DNA from: Bacteroidales bacterium | GTDB lineage: Bacteria > Bacteroidota > Bacteroidia > Bacteroidales > P3 | Assembly: GCA_045591485.1 (NCBI GenBank) | Contig: JAZNSV010000044.1 | Coordinates: forward strand, 1 to 55,540 | Direction: 5' to 3' | Length of the DNA stretch: 55,540 nucleotides | Shown: positions 33,094 to 41,524 of the stretch, one piece after another | How positions within the stretch are numbered: the first letter of the stretch is position 1 | Layout of the letters: each line of letters starts with the position of its first letter | Made by a program: the position numbers and the translations under genes | Notes under the pieces: model-generated | What the model saw: the letters and a program-made list of their open reading frames with translations, nothing else | Databases searched by the model: none | What the model was told of the DNA's origin: nothing

Positions 33094-36000
33094 TTATAGC
33101 TGCACGTGGGTGTCGCCGCCAACGCTTCCTTTGTTGCCTCCACCATAGACGTTGCCGAAAACCTCTGTATTGCCCTTGAGAATGACATTGGTGTTACCAC
33201 CCACGGCGCTCTCCTCGCCACCTCCGAAGACATTACCCGTATCCTCGTCGCCAGTCACCGTGCCTATCTTGCTGCTACCGTCGATGGTGAGGGAAACATC
33301 GCCCGTGACGGTGCCGAGGGTGGTGAGGTCTTCTGTGGTGTAGAGTATATGGTTGGTCTTGTCAATACCGGTAGCGGTACTGTTGACGGTGGCCCGTTGT
33401 TCCCAAGTGTAGGTGGTGGTGACGCCCTTGACGGCGGTGCGGTAAGTGCCGAGGTTGCTATAGTAGAGAGGTTCCACACGGTAGCCGATGCTGTCGACCT
33501 CGACGGTGGGCAGCGAGGCAGAAAAGCCTGCGCCGAAGACGTTGCCGTGGACAGTGCAGTTGAGGAGCGCGGAGGTGACAGTGCCATCCACCTTGCCAAG
33601 GCTTCCGCCGCCGTAGAAGTTGCCCGTGACGGTGCATCCCGTCAATGTGGAGGTGACGTCGTGTGTAGTAGCCAGCGAGAACTTCACGTACTCGACAAAC
33701 AGTCGTGCCACGTTGCTGGCGTTACCCGACATGGGGATAAACTGGTAGTTGATTTGTGTGGAGATACCGGCATGTGTCGCATTCCAATCCTGCTTGTATT
33801 CAGACTCTACCCAGTTGTTCCATTCGATATTCTGTACATCGCTTTTGTTCGACGGGGTGCGGCGGCTGTATGAGTTGCCGCCGTAGCCGGCGCCGAAGTA
33901 GGTGCCGAAGGTGCAGCCCGTGGCGGTGGTAACGACTGTCTTGCCCGACGACATGTCGCCGAATTTGGGTCCGCCGCAGAAGAGGGTCACATGGCTGTTG
34001 CTTATGGTGGTGGTGATATTGCCAATGGCCGGGTTGGCGGCGTTGATGCCCCCGCCGTAGAATTCCTCGATGTCGGCATGGTCTATCTGCCAGGTGATGT
34101 TGCCCTTGCCGTCGGTGCTGCCAATGCCCTCCATGCCGGCTCCGGCCACAATGCCAAAGCGCCCGCCGTTGATGTAGCACTCCGCGTTATCATCATACTT
34201 CGTCGCATCGGCGCGGTAGAGGCCGGTGAGGTAGAACTCGTTGTAGTCGCCGCCTGTCACCGACACGGGTGAGTGCTTGGTGGCTATTTGTTTATCTTGG
34301 TGACAGCCCGTGTGGAATTCCTTGAACCACACGTTGCCGCCAACATGGATGTATGGTATTTTGTTCGATGTGCCTTTCTGGTTGTTGCTCACCCATTGCT
34401 CCATGACGCCGCCTTGCACGATGAGGGCATCGGTTGTGCTTCTGTCCGAATGCTCATACTCGAACTGGGTGAACCGGAAGAGCGAGGTGTTGGTACTCTC
34501 GAACCATCCTTTGGGAATCATGATACCGAAGTTGTAGGAGCCCGTGCCGCCGGTGGTTTTCTGAGCCATACCGAGGCCGGGGATATTGATGAAGTCGGCC
34601 CTCACGGGGTGGGTCTCGGCACGGTCATCGAAGCGCAGGATATAGGAGTAGTCGGGTTCGTTGTCGCCATCAAGGTCAATAGAGGTAACCGTATAGGGCT
34701 TGCTTCTATTTGCTTCCATATCGGTTTTTTTGTAATAATGATGATAATTGCCCACAAGCACCACAGCATAGTCATATACGGTTTGGCTACCTGGTGAGCC
34801 TGTCACCCCTTGAAAAAGAGCATTGCCCGTACCCGAACTTGCGATGGCGTTGCCCATGGTGGTGAATACTACCTGATTATCTTCTGCAATGGAATAACTG
34901 TCACCGTTGGTGTATATCTGTCCGCCGCCCACGTTGTGGACATCGTATCCGGTCTCCATTGCCTGGTTGTACACCTTGTCGGCGTTGGGGTCGGCCAGAT
35001 AGGCACATTTGGCCCAGTAGGGTTCGATGGTGATGGCCGTTACGCCTTCGGGTACATCCCAATAGGCTCCCTGATTGAAAATGCGGCTGCTGACGCTATA
35101 GAGGTCTTTGTTGGTGCAGTAGCGGTCGGCGAAGTTCCAGCTCGGCGCGTCTGCGGTACTGGTACTGAAGGTGCCAACTGTGCCACCGGTGATGCTTACA
35201 ATCTTCCATCCAGTCACCACGCGGTAGCCCGTGTAGTTCTTGCTGCCCACATCATTGTAGTAGGGCAGCTGCACCTTGTAGTAGTTGAAGTTATAGTGCG
35301 CGGTGTCCTTGTCGGTGATGTTGAGGGTGAGGCCTGTCTTGTTTAGTGTTGCCCCGTCGGGATGGTGATATGGCACTGTCGCATCGCTCGTATTGTCCAT
35401 CTGTATAGTCACCGCGAGAGTGCCCAGCTTACTGCCCTGGTTACGGGGCTTACCGGTGGTAGCATGCTCGGCATCAATGTTCACCACCGACGGGTATTTG
35501 CCGTCCTGCATCAGTATTGGGTATGGGTGGGCGGTACCGATGCTGTCGGGCAACAGCACCCACTTCATTATATCACTCTTGCTGTATGTGTCTGTGGCCC
35601 ACCATCCTGCTAACTCGCGATGGCCGTTGAGCAGGTGGCGGTAGAACTCGAATCGCTTAAGGAAGCGGTCCTCGGCACCGAGGGCGCAGTTGTAGGTAAC
35701 GCCGGTGGGCTGGACGTAAGGGGCTTCAAGCCGGAAATAGTTGAAGTTACTCACGCCGTTGGCATCCTTGTTGGAGATTTCGGTGCCATTGTAGATAGGG
35801 GCTCTGTGTGGACAATTGTTGGTATCAATACCGCCATAGAACATGCAGTTCATCACCATGGTCTTGAGGTAGGCAGCACGGGAATCTGTGGCCACGTTGT
35901 TGTAGCCCACGATGCCGCCTATGTAGTCGCCTTGGGTTATATCGGCGTAGCTGTAGCAATTGATTACGCGGGCCTCGCCGTCAAGCAGCCCCACCAGTCC

Positions 36001-37797
36001 ACCGACATAGTTGCTGCCCCCCACGGAGCCAGCAAGGATGCCGACGTTGTAGATGCGCGCCGTGCCGTTGGCCGTGCAGGCGATGGCGCCGGTGTTCCCC
36101 GAGGCGTCGCCGCTGGTGATGGCTACACTTTCAATCACCAGATTGCGTACCGTGCCGGTGAGGGTGGTGAAGAGGGGGGCGCTGAGGTTTGTGATGCGGT
36201 ATGGCATGTGGGTGGCGGGGTCAATGGCGGCTTCGAAAGTACCGGAGAAGGTGGTGGTGATTTCTCCAATGCCACTGGCAGAGAGGTCTGCCATGAGTTT
36301 ATAACAGGCAGAAGAGGTCGTTCCGTTATTTACATCGGTTACAAATTTTGCAAGGTCGGTGGTGCTGTAGATCTGGTAGGGGGCGGAGGGTGACCCATCG
36401 CCACTGCTTATCTCTCTGGATGCAATCGCCGAGGTTGTGTAGTCGTTGTGGGTGGCCCAAGCGGTAACGGTTATCGGCAGTTGTTCTGACGTGAAAGCTA
36501 CTGCTCCGCTGTATACCGTTTCCGAGCCATCGTCGATGGTGTAGTGCAGGGTGGCATCTGTCGGCATGCTGCAAGAAAGAGTAAACGTCATGTCAACTCT
36601 TGTGATGACAGGCGTGGCGCATTGCAACGTCACCGAGCCGCTGCCCACGGCAGAAGGTATCATGTTCTCCTTGACGGCGATGGCCTTGATGGTCACGCCG
36701 CTGACCCCATCCGTCAGCGGGCCTGTATATTCGGTGCTTGAGGTGGTGGGGGTGCTGCCGTCGGTGGTATAGTAGATGGTGGCACCGTCGGTGGCGCAGA
36801 TAATGGAGACGGCGTTGCTACCGTTGTCTTGTATGCTGGGCGTGGCCACCTGGGTGATGGCCAGTTCAGCCACGGTGGAGGGGTGATAGCCTAGACTGGT
36901 GGCGATGGCCTTGATGGTGGTGGCGGAAGAGATATTATTGATAGTGACAGTAGTTGTGCCAGTGCCTGAATAGTTGCCTGCCGAAGGGACAGTTCCGTCA
37001 GTGGTATAATAAATAGTGGCACCCGTTAGACCGCTGATGGTAACCTGTGAGGTGGAGCTGTTGAAGCTGATGATCGGCGCAGTATACTGCGGCACGTTAT
37101 AGGTAGTCAGCTCGGATGATTCTGAGCCTAGACAGGCGATGGCCTTGATGACCGTGGCGTCGCCCAAAGCGAAGGCCGATAAATAGGTTGTACCGCTGTT
37201 GCACGATGGGGTGGTGCCGTCGGTGGTATAGCGTATGGTGGCACCCGTGGTAGCCGAACTCAGCGAGATATTGCCGTCGTGGCTGTTGGTCACCACGGGA
37301 GTTGCAATGACGGGAGTAAGTGATTTGGAAGCAATATTGCTCAAAACCATACCATAACCTACCACAGCAGCTTTGACAGTCATGGATTCAGTAACTGACA
37401 CTGCACCGGTATAGGACGTTCCATTGCTGGTAGAGGGGTCGCTGTCGTTAGTGGTATAAACAATCGAACATCCAGTAGGTACAAAGGCACTTGTAATGGT
37501 GAAAGTGTTGTTCTCTGGATTAATATTACTAATGGTAGGGGTTAATGTCACCTTGGCATCTTCAAGATACCATTTACTTGTATAGTCAGCTCCTTTATTC
37601 CAAAGACCAATAGTTCCACCCACATTTGTTGATGGGACTCCATTTAAAGTATATTCAGGACCGTCTTGTTTAGCATCTGTCCCTTGAAGTGAATTCTGGT
37701 TTCCTTGCGTAATATTTAAGTACCAACTGCTATTATTTTTGGGAGAAATGTTATAATAATAGGAAGGCAATGTTATGTTAAATAACATACTTATCAT
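33094..37797 (-). CDS. giant cell-surface protein body: Fn3-associated/chitobiase-C-like repeats plus a Gly-rich beta-helix-like region
   Basis: At least five repeats of the ATIYYTTDGSTP..Y type. The C-terminal half is rich in (F/Y)GGG motifs. This ORF has no signal peptide, and the N-terminal part lies in the upstream overlapping ORF. Confidence 0.7.
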   Translation of the reverse strand: MISMLFNITLPSYYYNISPKNNSSWYLNITQGNQNSLQGTDAKQDGPEYTLNGVPSTNVGGTIGLWNKGADYTSKWYLEDAKVTLTPTISNINPENNTFTITSAFVPTGCSIVYTTNDSDPSTSNGTSYTGAVSVTESMTVKAAVVGYGMVLSNIASKSLTPVIATPVVTNSHDGNISLSSATTGATIRYTTDGTTPSCNSGTTYLSAFALGDATVIKAIACLGSESSELTTYNVPQYTAPIISFNSSTSQVTISGLTGATIYYTTDGTVPSAGNYSGTGTTTVTINNISSATTIKAIATSLGYHPSTVAELAITQVATPSIQDNGSNAVSIICATDGATIYYTTDGSTPTTSSTEYTGPLTDGVSGVTIKAIAVKENMIPSAVGSGSVTLQCATPVITRVDMTFTLSCSMPTDATLHYTIDDGSETVYSGAVAFTSEQLPITVTAWATHNDYTTSAIASREISSGDGSPSAPYQIYSTTDLAKFVTDVNNGTTSSACYKLMADLSASGIGEITTTFSGTFEAAIDPATHMPYRITNLSAPLFTTLTGTVRNLVIESVAITSGDASGNTGAIACTANGTARIYNVGILAGSVGGSNYVGGLVGLLDGEARVINCYSYADITQGDYIGGIVGYNNVATDSRAAYLKTMVMNCMFYGGIDTNNCPHRAPIYNGTEISNKDANGVSNFNYFRLEAPYVQPTGVTYNCALGAEDRFLKRFEFYRHLLNGHRELAGWWATDTYSKSDIMKWVLLPDSIGTAHPYPILMQDGKYPSVVNIDAEHATTGKPRNQGSKLGTLAVTIQMDNTSDATVPYHHPDGATLNKTGLTLNITDKDTAHYNFNYYKVQLPYYNDVGSKNYTGYRVVTGWKIVSITGGTVGTFSTSTADAPSWNFADRYCTNKDLYSVSSRIFNQGAYWDVPEGVTAITIEPYWAKCAYLADPNADKVYNQAMETGYDVHNVGGGQIYTNGDSYSIAEDNQVVFTTMGNAIASSGTGNALFQGVTGSPGSQTVYDYAVVLVGNYHHYYKKTDMEANRSKPYTVTSIDLDGDNEPDYSYILRFDDRAETHPVRADFINIPGLGMAQKTTGGTGSYNFGIMIPKGWFESTNTSLFRFTQFEYEHSDRSTTDALIVQGGVMEQWVSNNQKGTSNKIPYIHVGGNVWFKEFHTGCHQDKQIATKHSPVSVTGGDYNEFYLTGLYRADATKYDDNAECYINGGRFGIVAGAGMEGIGSTDGKGNITWQIDHADIEEFYGGGINAANPAIGNITTTISNSHVTLFCGGPKFGDMSSGKTVVTTATGCTFGTYFGAGYGGNSYSRRTPSNKSDVQNIEWNNWVESEYKQDWNATHAGISTQINYQFIPMSGNASNVARLFVEYVKFSLATTHDVTSTLTGCTVTGNFYGGGSLGKVDGTVTSALLNCTVHGNVFGAGFSASLPTVEVDSIGYRVEPLYYSNLGTYRTAVKGVTTTYTWEQRATVNSTATGIDKTNHILYTTEDLTTLGTVTGDVSLTIDGSSKIGTVTGDEDTGNVFGGGEESAVGGNTNVILKGNTEVFGNVYGGGNKGSVGGDTHVQL

Positions 37798-38287
37798 TTG
37801 GAGAGTTCGTCTCCTCTAGATGGACACGAATACGATTTGCGTTAGCGGAACCAGTTATTCCACCGTTAGTAGTCATATACTTACCATCTTTGGCATGTAT
37901 GATATAGTAATAATTTTCCGATGGATGTTTTATTATTATCCAAACCGCTTTTGTAGAATCATTGGTACCGTTCCTGTATTGATAGGTCGTAAGAAACGGC
38001 TGTCCATTGTCCGTGGTCGTAATATTATTTGTGGCCTGATAGAAAATCCAATTTTCCGTAGGACAAAGATAATAGTTTGTTGTGGTGTTGGCTACATTAT
38101 AGGAATCTTGTCCCTGATTATTACCACTAAGATAGTACACGCCGCTATAGTCCTGTCCCCACGCCACCCCGCCGCCTACCATCATCCCCGCCAGCAACAT
38201 CACCAGTTTCCTTATATTCTTCATCGTTCTCATTTTTTTCATTTTGTTATATGTTTTTCCTTTCATACTTAACCGTCTGATATTCAT
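37778..38287 (-). CDS. signal peptide plus first part of a beta-trefoil/lectin-like domain; 5' fragment of the giant surface gene
   Basis: It has the signal sequence KLVMLLAGMMVGGGVAWGQ. The domain (YYLCP..., YYYIIHAKDGKYM) continues in the next ORF (WYLNITQG, KWYLEDA) in a different frame. The two ORFs overlap by 20 nt. Confidence 0.6.
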   Translation of the reverse strand: MNIRRLSMKGKTYNKMKKMRTMKNIRKLVMLLAGMMVGGGVAWGQDYSGVYYLSGNNQGQDSYNVANTTTNYYLCPTENWIFYQATNNITTTDNGQPFLTTYQYRNGTNDSTKAVWIIIKHPSENYYYIIHAKDGKYMTTNGGITGSANANRIRVHLEETNSPNDKYVI

Positions 38288-38289
38288 AA

Positions 38290-39003
38290 TTACGACAGCT
38301 CATCGGCAGTGAGTCCCGTAGCCTGCACGATGGCCTCGACGGGCATACCCATCTGCTTCATCTTGGCAGCTACCTCCTTGAGGCCTTCTGCTCGGCCTTC
38401 TGCTTGGCCTTCCTCAAGGCCTTTTGCGTGACCTTCCGCAAGGCCCAGTGCATGACCTTCGAAGCGGCCTTCGATGCGCTCGGTATCTATGACGCTCTGC
38501 TGATACATCAAATCCTCCATGTCGCGACGATACTGGCGGTGCTCCGCCTCCGGCAACAGTGCTACGCGCAAACGCTCGCGAGCCTCCGGCAGACCTGGAA
38601 CCTGCGTGCCGTCATCTATCTCGCCGGTCTTCAAGAAACGTATCCACTCGTCGAGCGGCGTAGTGGCCACCTTGTCGGTCTTGTCGTTGATGATGTATTG
38701 TCCACTCGACTGGTGTACAATCTGATAGTAACCGGCATTGTCGCCCGTGCCGCCTATGATGCGCCATACTGTATAGGCTTCCGGCGGATTTTTCTTGGTG
38801 GTGAGCATCAGGTTGCCGTCGACCCAATAGCCGACGGAGGGGTCGTCGGGGTCTTGTGCGGGGCAGAGGTAATAGGTGTTGTCCTGTGTGCTGACGATGT
38901 GGAAGAAACCCTCGGAGAGCTGAGCCGCAGCCCTAACGGGGCAGAGGAGTGCGGCCAGGGTCAGCAGTAGTGTGCGATAATAATAGATGAATTTCAGTTT
39001 CAT
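38290..39003 (-). CDS. chimeric ORF: lectin-like N-terminus (paralog of 37778-38287) fused to the C-terminal tail of an Rpn/YhgA-like putative transposase
   Basis: Signal peptide MKLKFIYYYRTLLLTLAALLCPVRAAAQ and TYYLCPAQDP...YYQIVHQSSGQYI. The tail is then PLDEWIRFLK...EHRQYRRDMEDLMYQQSVIDTERIEGRFEGHALGLAEGHAKGLEEGQAEGRAEG...VQATGLTADELS. Confidence 0.5.
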   Translation of the reverse strand: MKLKFIYYYRTLLLTLAALLCPVRAAAQLSEGFFHIVSTQDNTYYLCPAQDPDDPSVGYWVDGNLMLTTKKNPPEAYTVWRIIGGTGDNAGYYQIVHQSSGQYIINDKTDKVATTPLDEWIRFLKTGEIDDGTQVPGLPEARERLRVALLPEAEHRQYRRDMEDLMYQQSVIDTERIEGRFEGHALGLAEGHAKGLEEGQAEGRAEGLKEVAAKMKQMGMPVEAIVQATGLTADELS

Positions 39004-39145
39004 ACCCAATAAAAACAACCTTTGTTTTTTGTGGCCAGGCCAGATGTCAGATTGCTGCGGAGTGTAGCACGAGGGGAGACCTGGGGGAGGAAATTGTCTG
39101 ATTGAGCGATGATTATTCATAAAATGCTGTTTTAGTATGTTGGTG

Positions 39146-39153
39146 CAAAGATA
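39146..39153 (-). promoter_or_regulatory. -7 box (CAAAGATA on the + strand)
   Basis: 143 nt upstream of the ATG at 39003. Confidence 0.4.
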
Positions 39154-39438
39154 CATTTTTTTTTCTTGAGCAAAAAAAATATTTGTTAAAAATGAAAAGC
39201 AACGGCTAGGGGACACGCCACTCCCGCCCCGCCTCCATCCCCCGCCGCCGCTTTGTCCCGCGGCAAGGCGCTCGCGCCTTGCGTCCCCGTCTCTTTCCGC
39301 CGCCTGTCCTTCTGCCGCCAAATCCGAACGGCGCGTGTCGGTCGAAATGGCTCTGGCGCGTGTCGCAAGGAGACAGTGCGGCGGCAATGTGTTGATAGTT
39401 AATATTTTCGCCATTTTGGCTCAGATGGTTGCAACCTG

Positions 39439-39446
39439 CAAATATA
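39439..39446 (-). promoter_or_regulatory. -7 box (TAtaTTTG on the minus strand)
   Basis: CAAATATA on the + strand. It points into a GC-rich tract of about 250 nt. Confidence 0.35.
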
Positions 39447-39538
39447 CAATTTTTTTTGTATGAGACCTCTTGGTGAAAAAAACAACCTGCATCCCGCCGC
39501 CCCGTCCGAAAGGCACTTCCGTCCTATCTTCTACCTAT

Positions 39539-39650
39539 CCGGTTCGGCATATCAACGATACATCAACGATATATCAACGATATATCAACGATTGTAATCG
39601 TCGAAATATCGTTGATATATCGTTGAAGTATCGTCGATATGCCGAACCGG
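39539..39650. repeat. 112-bp near-perfect palindrome, 4+4 phased 11-bp units; family copy 2
   Basis: ccggttcggcatatcaacgatacatcaacgatatatcaacgatatatcaacgattg | taatcgtcgaaatatcgttgatatatcgttgaagtatcgtcgatatgccgaaccgg. The left flank is about 70 percent similar to the left flank of copy 1. Confidence 0.85.
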
Positions 39651-39730
39651 TGGTGAGGATGACATGTATGGAAGGTGGCGATGAGCCGGAGAAAAAAACG
39701 ATTTTTACTTTTGGGTTCCGAAATTTTTTG

Positions 39731-39738
39731 TATCTTTG
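39731..39738 (+). promoter_or_regulatory. -7 box TAtcTTTG for the M28 peptidase gene
   Basis: 79 nt upstream of the ATG at 39817. Confidence 0.45.
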
Positions 39739-39816
39739 TTTGTTCGGCCCGTAGTGCCACAGCGCGGTTAATGTGGTGGGCCACAATGGGATAGTGTTAA
39801 ATATAATAGAAGTAAT

Positions 39817-41307
39817 ATGCACAAAAAGTGTTTTTTGACGGTTCTGCTGGCCCTTGTGGGCGCGGTGTGCTGGGGTCAGGAGCGTCGGCCTGTGCCTATG
39901 CCGACGGTGTGCACCGACTCGATTGTGAAGCATGTGATGGAGCTCTCGTCGGAGAGCTACGGCGGCCGCATGGCGGGCAGCGAGGGCTACGACCGCGCCC
40001 TGGAGTATGTGAGGGGCGTGCTGGCCTCGTATGGTCTCGAAGGGATGGAGCTGCAGGAGTTTGAGGTGGAGTGCAACGAGGTGGAGAACTGCAAGTTCAA
40101 TGTCTACCGTCCCGGCACGAAAGAGCGGCGGGTGTTCACGCTTGGCAACGAGTTTTGCTGTGCGGGCATGACGGGCCGCGGCTATGTGGACGCGCAGATG
40201 GTGTTTTGCGGCTACGGAGTGGCTGCAGGCGGAGTGGACGAGTACAAGGGCGTGGACGTGCAGGGCAAGGTGGCGGTGGTGCTGACAGGTTTGCCTGAGG
40301 GGCATGGTTTGCCGCGCAAGGTGGCCGATCAGTGCACGTCGCTGCGCGACAAGGCGCGCATGGCCGAGCGGCACGGAGCGATAGGCATGCTGGCGGTGAA
40401 TGTGAGCCGCAGCTGCCTGCCCAGCGAGCCGCAGGGGCGCCTTTATTGTGGCGAGCTGCCGCACCTGACTACGTTCCCGATGCTGCACCTGACGCTCGAC
40501 TGCGCACGCGAGATTTTCGAGGGCGAAAAGATGGGGCTCGACAGCGCCATTGCCGCCATCGGAGCACTGCGGAGCGTGCAGAGTTTTGCATTGCTGAAGA
40601 AGGCCGAGGTGGATGTGAACGCACGCTACCGTCCGGCGGCGCCGACACACAACCTCTGCGCGCTGCTTCGCGGCACCGACCGCGAGCTGAGCAAGGAGTA
40701 TGTGATGGTGGGGTCGAGCCTCGACGGTGTGGGCATGCAGGGCGAGACGTGTCTCTTCCCCGGAGCCGACATCAACGCCAGCGGTGTGGCTGCCCTGCTT
40801 GAGACGGCGCGTGTGCTGAGCGAAGAGCAGTGCCGTCCGAAGCGGAGTGTGCTTTTTGTGGTTTTCGGCGGCTCGGAACATCAGTTTCTGGGGTCGCGGG
40901 AGTTTGTGGAGCAGTATAGGCGCCAGAACAGGATAGAGGCTTTCGTCGGACCGCAGAATATCGGCTATGGCGACAGCCTGCTGGTGCTTGGCGGAAGCAA
41001 GTATCCGAGTCTTTATGCCATTGCCGCAGACCGCGACACGCTGGCCGGGCGGCACAATATGAAGCAGGATGTGGAGCTGAGCCTGCCGCGCGGCGACGCG
41101 CGTGCGCTGGATGCAATCGGGGTGCCGAGTCTGGTGTTCACCACATGGAACGGCATGCACGAGAACCATACGACGACCGACATCTGGGAGAATGTGGACC
41201 GCCGTGTGTTGACGATGGCCACGCAGCTGATGGCCGAGACGGTGGCCCAGCTGGGCGAGGGCCTCTATATGGGCCGCAACCCGAAGAGCAAGATTTTGAG
41301 GAAATAG
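39817..41307 (+). CDS. M28-family peptidase
   Basis: It has a signal peptide, a PA-like insert, GADINASGVAALLE and FVVFGGSEHQFLGS. Confidence 0.8.
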   Translation: MHKKCFLTVLLALVGAVCWGQERRPVPMPTVCTDSIVKHVMELSSESYGGRMAGSEGYDRALEYVRGVLASYGLEGMELQEFEVECNEVENCKFNVYRPGTKERRVFTLGNEFCCAGMTGRGYVDAQMVFCGYGVAAGGVDEYKGVDVQGKVAVVLTGLPEGHGLPRKVADQCTSLRDKARMAERHGAIGMLAVNVSRSCLPSEPQGRLYCGELPHLTTFPMLHLTLDCAREIFEGEKMGLDSAIAAIGALRSVQSFALLKKAEVDVNARYRPAAPTHNLCALLRGTDRELSKEYVMVGSSLDGVGMQGETCLFPGADINASGVAALLETARVLSEEQCRPKRSVLFVVFGGSEHQFLGSREFVEQYRRQNRIEAFVGPQNIGYGDSLLVLGGSKYPSLYAIAADRDTLAGRHNMKQDVELSLPRGDARALDAIGVPSLVFTTWNGMHENHTTTDIWENVDRRVLTMATQLMAETVAQLGEGLYMGRNPKSKILRK

Positions 41308-41309
41308 GC

Positions 41310-41444
41310 GGAAGGGAAAGTTAAAAGTTAAAGGTTAAACGTAGGGGCATACCTCGTGTATGCCCGATGGTATAAGAGGTTAAAAGTGAAAAGTGAAAAG
41401 TGAAAAGTGAAAAGTGAAACGTAGGGGCATGCCTCGTGTATGCC
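41310..41444. repeat. two modules of [A/G/T simple repeat + ACGTAGGGGCATRCCTCGTGTATGCC hairpin]
   Basis: Module 1 is 41310-41364 and module 2 is 41377-41444, which contains (GTGAAAA)5. The hairpin is GGCATAC-ctcgt-GTATGCC. Confidence 0.8.
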
Positions 41445-41524
41445 ACCTGCAAATTACAGCCTATCAACCGAACAACATACCAACTAATCAACTAATCAAC
41501 TAATCAACGTCTTAAAGTAACGAC

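Noticed and set aside
38290-39414. The 374-aa version of the chimeric ORF starting at the ATG at 39414.
   Set aside because: The extra 137 aa are Arg/Gly-rich low-complexity sequence and run through a promoter-like AT-rich segment. A good signal peptide begins at the internal ATG at 39003. It is not fully excluded, because a -7 box lies 25 nt upstream of 39414.
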